Made by a program: the position numbers and the translations under genes
Shown: positions 12,196 to 24,900 of the stretch, one piece after another
Position numbering within the stretch: position 1 is the stretch's first letter
Layout of the letters: every line of letters begins with the position of its first letter
From: Pocillopora damicornis
Taxonomy: Eukaryota
Length of the DNA stretch: 64,000 nt
Assembly (NCBI RefSeq): GCF_003704095.1
Contig: NW_020846005.1
Coordinates: 620,001 to 684,000 of the forward strand
Direction of reading: 5' to 3'
Notes under the pieces: model-generated
The model's input: the letters and a program-made list of their open reading frames with translations, nothing else
Database searches by the model: none
Told to the model about the DNA's origin: nothing

Positions 12196-15100
12196 ATGTC
12201 TTATAGAAAACCCCAAGCTTCATGGACTTGTGAGGATGATACTGTTGAGCCTTTTTCTTGCCCAGAAGAAAACTCCCCGACCCCTTCTTCAATCAGCGGG
12301 GATGGGGACTTAGAGAATGTCAGCAGCCCCATCGCTCAACAAGGTAGGCGCAAGCTGAAGAGGCGAAGAAAGCGCATGCTTACAGGAGTCAGCCGGCAGC
12401 GGCGCGCTGCGAATGAACGAGAACGCCGAAGAATTCAAGGTGTAAATCAAGCATTCATCGACTTGAAAAACGCACTTCCTTTGGCTCACTCTGTGGATAT
12501 TTCAAAGATTGACATCTTAAGAGTGGCGACGAAGTGGATAGACCACCTGAGTAAGTTACTAGATCAGGATCAAAGGATAAACTCGGAACCAAAATTTGCT
12601 GTCCAGCCGCAGTTGTATGATTTTCTAGGAGAAGATTTTTCGATCAACGTTCACGAGCTCGAAGACGATTGCTTTCTTCAAGGACAAGGTAAGTTACTTT
12701 GCGTTTGTTTATTTTTTTGCATTCTTATCAGCTCAGCGCAAGAGCCGAGTCGCTATCTTTTACAGCTCTAAGAGTGAAAATGCCTGGCCTATTGTTATTA
12801 TAGAATTTCAGCAAACTGTTAATCATAGCCTTGTGTACCTTATTTCTTTTGAGGCTTAAATACCAGCGAGTTAAATTTTCAACTGTTTCCCTGCATGTTT
12901 CCAAGGTGCCGCGTAAAATCAATCACGCTGTTTAAAAAGACAACAACGCAGAAATCTTGCCTTTCATTGACTTTTCAACAAGGCAGGATCGATTTACCTC
13001 TAAACCTGGCTATTGCATTCCTATTTCCCGCTTTTGACCCAAGACCTTATATGGAAAGGAAGCACTTTTATTTCAAATATCAAATTCTTACACTGAAGTC
13101 AACAGAGCACCTTTTTATGAAAAATTCTTTAGTACATTCTTTTCTGCGAAATTCACCGAGTCCATCCAAGAAACCGTGTCGTATAATCTCTACAGCCAAG
13201 AGAGGGATCCTATTTCGGACAATGTATCCCTGCGGTCTTCGATTGTTTGTTGTAGGCCATGTTACTCCAGACAGGTCTTAGGATTTTTTGAAAGAGAAAA
13301 AAAAAGGACTGAAAGAGCTATGAAGTACCATAAATACATGGGCCTTGAAGCTAATTATAGCGTACTTCTCACCCGCACATAGCTGACACTTCTGACGGAG
13401 GTTATATCTAAAAACTCCCACCGTTCAATTCTGAAAGATATTTGAAATCGTATCGAAGTTTATGAGGATTGAAGTAATTCGCAAAGGATAGGCTCGATAC
13501 AAATTGCCTCCGTATATTTAATGTGTGACCTGTTTCCATGTTTATCAACCAGCTGAGGTTTATTTCCTCTCCAAATACATCAAAAGCGCCGACCATTTAA
13601 ACATGTCAGACAACTGATATGACGTTTGTGTGTTTACGTTATTCCGTTAGAGAAAGCGCTCGGCTTTATGGCAATTACTTAGAAAAAGATTGGTCGGGAA
13701 ATAAAGTTCACTGTTGTGTTGGCTAGCATTATTTAATTATCTCACAGGTTGGAAAATGAACCTAATCCGTCAGCTTACTTTATTCTAGAGAATTCGAGGG
13801 CCTGTTACCCATGTTTTCTGCCGAAGTTTTGAAATATTTCTGCTATTTTAGAAAATAGTTTTGCTCGCACTTTCCATAATTTCTTCATAGTTTAAAATAG
13901 GTATCTTAAAGCTCAGATAAATGAGTTATCTCCAAAGATTATTTGCAATAAGAAATTACTGTGAAAAGTAAGCCCAATTGTTTGACAGCCCAACCATTTT
14001 ACTAAATTAACTCTATCATTCATAAAGGGCACATATGAATAAACCATTTGATATTTCTAAATTCCGTGAAAAAACTGGAGGGAATTTTATTAAAATTCTT
14101 TTATGATCTACTTCTCAGATACCAACTTAATTACGCTTTATCGATCCCCAACCGTTCCAATGTCGATTTGATGTGAACACCAAAAAATCCAATAAAAAAA
14201 TGATTTATGCTAGACTAAACATGAATGGCAAACAGAGAGAAATAAGGCAAGGGACATATTTCATATCCGGTGTTACTTTCCTCCTCTAATGATCTTAAGG
14301 AGAAGAAAAATGCGGTTAAGACACCACGTTTTAGGCTAAGATTCCTTCTTATCTTAGTTTGGGTTACAAATAATGGTTGTCGTCTATCAGTTTGGGCCAG
14401 TGTGTTCTTAAAGTTAAGGTTAAAGTCATTGATAAGATCTTTCTTGTTAAATGCTTTGTCAATAATGACTTTCGATATTACCAAGTGTGACAGTTTTAAA
14501 ATCACCAAAGGCAATTAACTCCTCTTCTCAAAAATCACTCGCAAATCTTTTTAGAAGCGTCAGTAGTCTTTCTGAAACACATTGAAAAAAATGGATCAGA
14601 AATGATATGGTATTGTTTATGATCCAGTTTGATCACAACAAGCCACTCGATCCATCTGAGACAGATCTTAAACGAGTCATTCGATTTTCGCATGTTGTCA
14701 GAATTGGTCACCCCGGAGATGAGGGCGCGACCACAACCCTGGCTTGCTTATCTGTTGGTAACCGATTGACAATCCGCTTGGCTCCTGGCTCGACAGAGGT
14801 GTCGAAAATATTCAAAAATAAAAATGTCCTATCCTATTTTGAAAGCCTGCTCTGCTTATCATTTGGTGCAGATTCATTATGCTAATGAAACATTATCCAA
14901 AAATAGACATACAATGCCATCACGACTCGAGTTCACATGCAATAAGAAGTGTGTGTGCCATATCTTAGGATTATGCGCTCTCGTTATTACGTTACCTACT
15001 TTTACTGGCCTTTATGAGATAACTTTAGAGAATTTAACCATATCTGACTTCAAGGATAATGGCTCACAGCGTTTTTAGCCAGAGAAAATGCACTTATAAC

Positions 15101-16438
15101 TAATATAATCAACTGGATGTTAAAATTAACATTAAATGTCGAGGATGCCAAAGGTAGTAATCTACCTACGATAATTTATTTGGTTCTAAAGCCTTGTCGT
15201 TTTTTTGTTTAAGTTAAGTAGACGGTGCCGTAATGAAAACGTCGCATACGAAAGATTGTACTTTTTAAACACATAATGGCGCAGACAAATGACAGAGCCC
15301 TGATAATGGGCGTCGACCTTCTTACCGTTATCTACTGATCCCTACAGGTAATATTGGCACTTGTCCACAGCTATACTTTCAGCATATCTCGGCAGTACTC
15401 CTCTTGTGATCATTTGCACATCGTCTTTCCAAACTTATATAAATTTGAAAAAGTGGACAGTCTCAAGTTATAACAAGCTTCCTTATAAGGGTGGCATATT
15501 GACGTCAAGAGTGCAACTAAAGGAGGAAGGTCCTAAATTACATGTGATCCCCGTTGATGTTAAAGCGATAACAATGCTTATGCTAAAACAGCTTCACATC
15601 CCCAGACACTTGTGCACAGCACAATCACCTCCCTCATACTACAATTAAAAAAAATGCAGATAAAGTCCTTGTATATCCCTCTTGTGTTAGGTTAGAACTT
15701 TAATTCCAGCGTGGGGGGTAAAATTTCCAAAAATCTTAAGACAATTGTAGTATATATCTAGATTGTTTTTCACAAAACCGTCGAAAGGTACATCAACCGA
15801 TTCAACAGACCTCTCCTTGGTCTGCAGTTCCAGGTTGATATGAATAATGACACAACTTTGTATATATTTAAGACTCAGTGTATCTTATAAATCCTTAATA
15901 ATCTCACTAAAACAGGAAATGGAAACACCCTGGTGTGTGGATAAACTTTTCATTTTGTTTTCGTCAGGGATTATCCCTCAATCCCTTAATCGAGTCTTAA
16001 AAATAATTGCTTTAACTATGACCAATGAAGGATTTCTTCTCTTACACAAACACTTGAAGCCTGCTTCACATTTCTGGTTAAAAACCGAGAGAATCTGACC
16101 GGAAAGTGAAAGGACCGGAAGTGTATATGCAAAACAAGCAAAATGTAAGACCACTCACTGGTCAAGTACTGCTCTGGTCTGATAGGCTTCTATTGCACCA
16201 AATTGAAACTCAACAAATCGTTAATAACGCGAACTCAAAAAAAAAACTCTGCCACTTACGTGTTTCTTTTCATTTTCTTTTCCTTGTAGACATATGGTCA
16301 GACAGCTCCAACCTGGAAGGACTCAACGACTTCTGCATTCACACCGAGGAGCCTTTTCTGAAAACTCTCCTCCGCAGTAGTTTTACTGATACGGACAGTT
16401 TCACTCAACCACTGTTGGAACTTACGGACCAACTGTAA
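12196..16438 (+). CDS. Group A (twist/atonal superfamily) bHLH transcription factor, two exons; family uncertain (TCF23/24- or Figla-like features)
   Basis: Exon 1 is 12196-12688: bHLH RRAANERERRRIQGVNQAFIDLKNALPLAHSVDISKIDILRVATKWIDHL, with a phase-1 GTAAGT donor at 12689. Exon 2 is 16290-16438, after a polypyrimidine tract and TAG; the phase matches (G|AC=Asp, DIWSDSSNLEG...TDQL*). Confidence 0.8.
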
Positions 16439-18948
16439 CTGTATGAATTCATAGAGGACCAGCCCAACGTATAGCATGGACGTTTTCCGGGAGTTTTTCC
16501 TGTGGATCGCCACTTTGTTTCTTAGGAATAAAATTTGGTGCGTAAGGTCACTAGAACAACGGCTGGGAAAAAATTCGTGAGACAAGGAAAAAATACATGT
16601 ACACGCAGATTTTCTGCCTGGTCGGGATATCTAACGAGGAGATACACGATAGATGTTTGGCAGATGAATATTTCAAGAGATATTTTGAGTGAGTCCCAGA
16701 ACGAACCGACATTTGTTCTGCAAAAATTTAAATCCGCTAAATTTTCATGCTACGCGTTACGTTTAAATACCTATGTCATTTTTAGTTTCATAGCGATACT
16801 CCTGTAATTGAGGGAAACTTAAATTAATAGTTAGCTGTCGAAGACAATCTCCAAGAAACGTAAGAAGAGACTGTAAAGTAACCAAGATGACTGCATGTCA
16901 TCAACACAGACCGCAAATTATTACGAATAATGACATTTTTAACATGTACAAATAGCTCTTCATGTCCACTAGAAAACAATACCAAGAATGAAAATATTTG
17001 TAGATATGTAACAAACATATGATCAATAATTAAAAGAGAAACTAGGCGTATAGTGTAGTAGTGAAGTCGGCTCTTTTAAAGCAGTCGCGATAAACTCTAT
17101 TTAGTTTGTATCAAACCCTAAATGTTTCGTGTAGGAACTACGACAACCTAAAAGGACTACATCACTATATGACAGATACGACATACTTCTAAAAGCTAAA
17201 TGATAAATAATGAATGAATGAAAAATAATAAATATAGATGACCGACAGTGTGTTACATGATCAACATATTGTTTGACCAGCGCACAGACGCAGCAGTACG
17301 TTTTCTTTATAAACTAATAACCTTACATTTCAGAATTTGTTATCAAGGGAGGCAAAAGGAAAGAACAAATAATTTTTCGATCGAGCCCGTCCCTCTCAGT
17401 TTCAGGTCAGATGCTTTGTTATTAAACAAAAGAGAGCTTGTTGTGTAGATTCATCCACTGGGTTCAGATGTGTCATGCGAGGATTGTAACAGGGTTTTTG
17501 TTTGTGTGGGAAACCCTTCCCTTGAAGAAAGAAATACTATGTTTACACCAAAAAAAACAATCTGGTATCTTTCCCTCCCTCCCGTATTTAAGATTATCAA
17601 TATAGCTAGGTTCTTATCTAAAGACAGATTTATTAAGATGGTGATTTTTGAAGGTGAGTGATTGCTGTGCATACCCGTGTCAAGTGCAGCTGCACCTCAG
17701 TCTCAGAGAATCTGTGTATGAACTTAGCTCTTGCTTCATGCAGGAACTCTGCGCATGCCATCTGTGACTGTACCAGTCTCTTATTTTATACAACAAGAAC
17801 GTATTACTTATAAAAGTTAGGTTGACCTCAGCAGCACCATACCACTAAAGCTAAATCGCGGGCCAATTTTTTTAAAAACATTAAGTTCCAGTTAAATTGT
17901 TGAAATGAACGTCACGCACACCTTTGACCTCGATCACCTCCCAAGAGTTAGAATTCTAACTACATTCTGTTTGTAGGGTGATATTTCAGCTATTTCGCTA
18001 GTAGATAACCATATAAAATCGACAACCAGCTGCCCTGCCCTTATGAGCCAATTAAAAGATGGAGGACCTGACCGGAAATAGAGCCTGATCATTAGCCCTG
18101 CACTCTGGAATTTGCTTATTTAATTTCTTCCCTGTATTTTTTCACCCAAGCTAAGCGCCATACATCAGCGAGGTGAAGTATTTGTAAGTTCAATTAAAAG
18201 CAAAATGAAACACCTGACGTTTGGTTGTGATTGTGTCTCCACGAGGACACATTTGCTGGAAAAATATATAATGTTCCACTCTGTCACAGGGTGTGTTTTG
18301 TAGGAAGAACGAAACCACCTGAAAACGACGGTTCGAGAGGTAAAAATTCCATCTAGGAAAAATGAAACCCTCATAGCAAAGGCAACAAAAAAATGAAAGG
18401 AAAGAAAGACAGAAAAGAAGACTAAGATATCAAATGAGTCTTTCCTTCCGCGACTTGACAACCGCGCGGCTTCCTGGAGGCTTGGGTCTGCATGAAAATT
18501 TGCGCATGTTCACTAGAACATAAACATAAATAATAATCAACTTGGAAAAGGGCTGACGAAAGGCGACACAACTTGGAAGAAATTTAAACCCTGTTCAAGT
18601 TCCTGGGAAAACTCCCTCTAATTTTGAAAGCTTTCTAAGCGCACAGAAATTCAGAGAGCCGCGGAATCTGGAAAATTAAGGAAAGGAGCCTTCGTGTTCG
18701 TGATGACGCATATGTGAATGGCGTAGTTGTGTTATTTCGATGTTCTTTGTGTTGCAAGGATTTAAGCTCGAATGGACATTGGTTTTGCCGAAATGGGGCT
18801 AAAAACATGAAATCCAAGTGGAAAGTGGGTATCGTGAATTATTTTTCGAAACACAGAAGGGAGGGAAGAACTTTCCGCTTTCGCTGTAACGTTTTTTGTC
18901 TTAGGAATCCGCCAAGACATACTGTCATAAGAAAATAACGAACAAAAT

Positions 18949-21900
18949 ATGGCAGGTTTTCGGACGCAGTACACTCGATTAAATTCAAATTCAGATGATC
19001 CTGAAGAGGACTTACCTCCACAAGGTTTCGATATCGGCACCCGGGGAGTTGAGGAAGTCGAGAAAGGTAATCATGCATATTTTTCAGGATATACGTATTT
19101 GTACATCCAAGCCCACCTCGAGGCGCAATGTGGTTTGTTTACATGTACAGTTGTCACAACTGTTGGTTTTAAGGCGGGAAGGACCTGCTGTCCATACTCT
19201 GCACCAACTTTCTGATGAAAGAAACTCGAATGCAAACATGAGTATCTTGACAGCGTACTATAGGTTTTCCATGTGTGATTTTTGGGACAGTTAAAACAGA
19301 TATTATTTGAGAAAATCGAAGTATAGTTATTAATCAATAATTGAATGGGTGTCAGAAATAGAAACAGAACTTCAGGCAAACCGCTCAACATTAATAATCT
19401 CTTTATTGTTGTACTTATACTAATTTGTTGTGATCTTGGTAAGGTCTTTGTAAATAATTGTTAACTGCACCATAGTTATTGATTGGATTTTCAGACTGTT
19501 GATAATGGTAACATCTTTTTTTCTCTATATAATCTATAGAAAGTCAATTCTTAAGACAACCGCTCACTGCAAAGTTACAAATATTTTACCAACATTTTGA
19601 TTAATGGCATCATTATGTTTCATTTTTGCAGGGCGTTGGAATCACATTGAGAATCTTGATGAATTCTTCATAAGGATATCCTTTATCTTAAATGTCACAA
19701 TTATCTTATTATATTACTTTATATAGACCCACCCTTTCCATAAAAAAACGCTGATTTATTTTCTTTTGTGAGAAACCCAAGATCTCTAAGATTTACTGAC
19801 CAATTCATGAAATCAAAACCAAAATAAACAAAACAGTGCAGATTATAATCATAATTGATCTGATGTGATAAATGGTAAATCAAGTTTATCAAATGCAACT
19901 CCTAGAGTGCAAGACTTAGTAGGTATAATAGGATTTTAACAAAATACTTTTAGAGACTTGAAGTTTCCTTAACTGGCCATCAAGTTGTGTGCTACTCTAT
20001 TCATACTTCATTTTCTAAACAATGTTTTGCCCATCAGCTTTGAGTAGGATGTTGGCCTTTCCTTATTAAGCTCACTAGCAAGAGGCTAAGTAATGACACT
20101 GTTATTTACCCATCAGGGACCCCCCTTAAAGTAATTTTTGCTTAAAAATACAAGAGCTGATAATAAAAAGTTAAATTTGTTGTAAAATAATTTCTCTACC
20201 ATAGTAGAAACAATTTGCATGTACTTTAGTTAAATCCTTAACAATTTATCACATATATGAATATCACAGGAACAATGGATTTGTTTGTATTCTCCTGAAG
20301 GAAGTCTTTGAATTAATGTGAGACACCTCTTTTTCATAACTTTTTCAATTTGAAAAGCTTCTTCATGTGATATTGTGGATCCAAGCTATAAAACTTTAAA
20401 TTTTGATTGAGTTTACTGTTTAGAAAGCCCATTTTCCAAGGGATCTCCTTCTCTTCATTTAATTTTTTTTTTTTTGGCTTTTCATCGACCCTTAGGTTTA
20501 ATGTCAGTAAGTAACAACTTTATTTAGAGAGGGTAACACATGGCAGTATGACTGAAAAACTGTGGTTGTTCTATGGCTTGGAGATGTAAAAGAGAGTAAC
20601 TTTTTTGCTTTGAACGTACTGATTGTGTCATGCTTTGGATTTTTTGTTTCTTGCAGTCAATTTGTGTTTGTGGTTTTATTTACCTCTTTCTTGGTGCTTT
20701 GTGTGGATTATAACACCTTGTTTAATCACAAACAACCTTCCTTTTCAAATGTGCTGTATTTCCACAAAATAGAACAGTAAGTCCAGTTATTTCTCTGTCT
20801 ATTTAACTATATGTTCACACAAAGACATCGCAAACTGAAACCTAAATTAACTTTAACCAGTACAGTTTAAAATATTTAACAAATGTTGTTGTTGTTTTCA
20901 TTTTTGATTGATATTTGCCACTTCTTTTGATCTAATAATACAAGATCTAAGTACAATATGTGTCTTCTTTTGCAGCATGGAGCCTGCAATAATGGCTTGT
21001 CTGGTCATTGCTTTTATTTTTTGGTTGATACGTGTGGCTAGAATTGTAATTCATTTCTTTAAGCTTCTGGAAATCCGAGCATTTTATAAGGATGCACTTA
21101 GAATATCAGAGGTGAGTTCAATTATAACCTTTTTCAATTAAGTGATATCAGGTTTTGAATGATGTCAGAATTAAATTAATTCAAACTTTCAAATGTCTCA
21201 ATGTCTTTACAGAGTGAACTAACAAACCTACAGTGGCAAGATGTTCAGAAACGATTGATAGAAGTGCAAAAAGTTCATCAAATGTGTGTTCATAAGGAGG
21301 AATTGTCAGAACTTGGTATGTGTTTCCTTTTCTTTAGAGCAATGCCAGGAGACATTGGCTTGCTTACTTTATATGTTAAGTTTATGGTATGGATAAATAT
21401 TTTAAACAATAGACTGCCATTTCAATTAAGGTATTATAATTTATTATAATATAGCCTTATGCATTAAAAACTGTGGAAGAATGGGAACCCCAACCCTAAT
21501 TTGCAAGTGTTCTTTCAACAGTGGAAGATGTCTCCTTCATGTTTGTCTTCGGGCTCTTTTGCCCTCCCTTTCTCCCCCCCCCCTCAAAAAAAAAGAAAAA
21601 GAAAAAGCAAAGAGATAAATGCCCTCCAGAAAATTTCTAACTGGGACAGATTCTCCTTTGTAAAAGAAACAGTAGATCAAGCACTGCTAGTAAATCATTA
21701 GATAAAGCAGCCTTTCTTTTTGTTAGAAAAAAGACATTTTTTTGTCCAATTGGATCTCAAATATGAATTTTTTGGTGAGTTAAATGGTATGCAGTAAGAT
21801 ATTGTGCCTCACTTTAATATTATTTTATTAGATATCCATCACCGAATTCTGAGATGGAAAAACTACCTGCTAGCAATGCAAAACAAGTCCGTTATTTCTT

Positions 21901-24900
21901 GTACATACAACTTTCCATTTGTTGGGGAAAGGTGAGTAATGTGCAGCCTTTACAAAATAATTCATAAATAGGTTCTTCAGACTGCCTTTATGTTTTTTAT
22001 TGACATGACATGACTTGTTTTCCTCACCCACTGTTTTCATTGGTACCCAGGGCCTTTTTGACAGAGGGTATGAAGTACAATCTGAAAATGATTTTATTCT
22101 GGGGACCAGGAAGTCCTTTTCAAAACAACTGGAAGCTAAGAGATGAATTCAGGAACCCAGCAAACAGGTTGGTGACAAGCTGAGTTGCTGGAACTGTTAT
22201 CAACAGTACTTCAATGTGGTCCCTCCAAGAAATAATTGAAACCTCGTTTCCCTCAATTTTTTTGTCCAGAATATCCTGTTAACTGTTACTAAGCAGGCAG
22301 CTCAGTTACACAAGATTGACTGAATTGTTTTTGGTTTATTTTTGGTTTGGAACAGAAAATATTTTCAGTTACAATAACAATGCATATAGATGTCATCTAC
22401 AGGTGACAAACACACCAAAATACAAACTTGTTACAAATTAGATTTGCACTGAATATTTGATGATGGGATGTGTTGTCTTCTTTCTTGTAGGTTTCCCCTG
22501 GCAAGTCGGTAAGTGGAAGAAGAAAACTTGAAACAATTGATGGAAACCCCCATAAATTTGTGGAACACGACGTTAATTTCAAGCAGTATGCTTACCAGTG
22601 TTGTAGTTCGTCTTAGTTCCGCACATCTCGTACCGTTGAGACTGAAGTATTTTCTTCAGAAGTCTTAAACCTTCTTGTGGATCAGGAGCCCCTTCTTTGA
22701 AAACGACCATTCAAATTGCCCACCTTAAACCAGTTTCGTTTTGTTTTTTTAAGTGTTTCATTCTTGAAATCTTTCAATCAATGACTTTCTAATTAAGACA
22801 CATTTTTGGTAGTGCCTTAACAACCTAAAGTATTTTGGTATTTTCATTACCCGCATTTTAGGTTGGCAAGACGTATTTTCTGGATTGGAATAGCAAACTT
22901 TGTACTTTCCCCTTTCATCTTTATCTGGGTTATTTTATATTCCTTCTTTACTTATGCTGAGGTAAGATCAAGTTCTGCTAAAAGAGTCACTATGTAAAAT
23001 ATTGGTTTGTAAATTAAGAATCTTTTTAACTAGCCTGGAAATCTCTACTTTAGTGTTCGCGGTTTTGGGCAAGCTGCTGTCTGAGTTTGCCGGTTGCTCC
23101 TTCTTACTTCTTTTGGCATCATTTTATTGTAGCAATGTATTTATTGTGTACCATGGTCTTGCGTATTCCAGTTTTGACACAATTATTGACTTGAATTGTT
23201 TCTTTAATCTGAAGATGGTGAAAAGGGAACCTGATACGTTTGGTGCCCGCAGATGGTAAGAAGTACAGATTGCAGCTTTAATTGAAAGGCATCGATTTAT
23301 TTAAGAACGAGGAACGTTAAAAATAAACTGTGCTGTCAAGTTAGTGTGCATGTTCATGTTTCCTTCCAGCCCAGTTACATTTGCTTGCGCCACTAGTAAC
23401 TGGGAAGGATTGCTGAAAAGAATAGATAGCTTCTCCTTTTCAAAATTTCGCTACTAAGAGCCGAGTGGACAGGAGAGAGCTTCAGGAATCAATCGAGTTT
23501 TATTTCTCAATTGATAAAATATATTACGCTGTATTTCCATTTCAGGTCATCTTACGGCAAGCTGTTTTTTCGACATTTTAATGAATTGGACCACGAGATA
23601 CAGACGAGGTAACTGTAAGAGAACGATACACGTTGAGTATGGTTTTACACAGCAGTTTGTAATAATTTTATTTCCATTACGGCGAGGCACATTTAACCTA
23701 GGAAGAGAAAATAAGACAACGGTAACAAGATCTATGGGTTTTCTCACTGAGAAATTAAATTTCAACACTCCACCCTTAGACTTGCGTTTACAAGAGACGT
23801 CAAGGTGAGGTAGCAAGACAGATACTTAGATACTAACTTTGTTCGTGCTCTCTAGGTTAAGTAAGGCTTACGAACCAGCGTCCAAGTATATGAATCTTTT
23901 CGTGTCACCTTTTATGGCCATCATAGCCAAGTAAGTCTTTCGAATTTTATGTTTAACCCCAAGCCTACAGTTCGAATACCATTTTTACCTTGTTTGAAAC
24001 CGTTCATTCAATCTGGTAGGAACATGGCATTTTTCGCTGGCGCGATTTTTGCCATATTGACCATATTTACTGTCCTGGACAAGGATGTTCTTTTGGCTGA
24101 ACATGTGCTGACTGTTATAGCAACACTAGGTAAGCAACTTTCATTTCGATGCAATTGAGTCACTTTATTAATGTTGACTCTTCAGTTTCCGTTGCATAGC
24201 GGAAATGTCTTAGAGCCAATTGACGTACTTTTATACTCTCGGCCTGGCTCCAGAAAGGCACCGTCTTTAATTTCAGCTATCCATACAAAAGTTTGAGAGT
24301 TTTTACAAACATTCTGTTGCCTTGATTTTTCATTTTTTTCAGGATTACTGATAAGAGGATGTTACGTTTTTATCCCTGACGAGGTTGGTATATGATTCAT
24401 TTCTTAGGCCATTAACTTAATATGCTCAACGTTCTATTTTTCTTTTGTTCATGAGTGGTTTACAAAATTTTGGACCAAGTTAGCCTCAAGTTAGAAAATT
24501 ATAAATCAATTAACAGTCAACGTCTGTTAAAAAAGTTTTAGCTACTTCAACACTTCAGATCTGTTACCAATCAGAAGTTAACTCGAAACCAAACACATGC
24601 TAAGCGCGGGAAACACGTAACCGGCTCGGAACGATGAAGTTTTCAACTGAGGTTTTCATCAGTAACAGTAATCATTAATATACACTTACTCCACAATATA
24701 CCCAAGCAAAATGGAAAAATATGAATTTTTTGCATACCTTTGATATTGTTGCAGAACACTGTGTGGGACCCTGAACAACTGTTAAAACAAATTGTGTCTC
24801 ATACTCATTATATACCTGACTCGTGGAGAGGCAAGGCGCATACCAGCGAGGTTTGTACAACGTTTTGTTTTTGCTTTATAACGATGCAAAGCTGATATAT

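Noticed and set aside
18165-18461. 98-aa minus-strand ORF divergent from ATG9
   Set aside because: Non-ATG start, low-complexity Phe-rich composition, and no homology that I can recognise.
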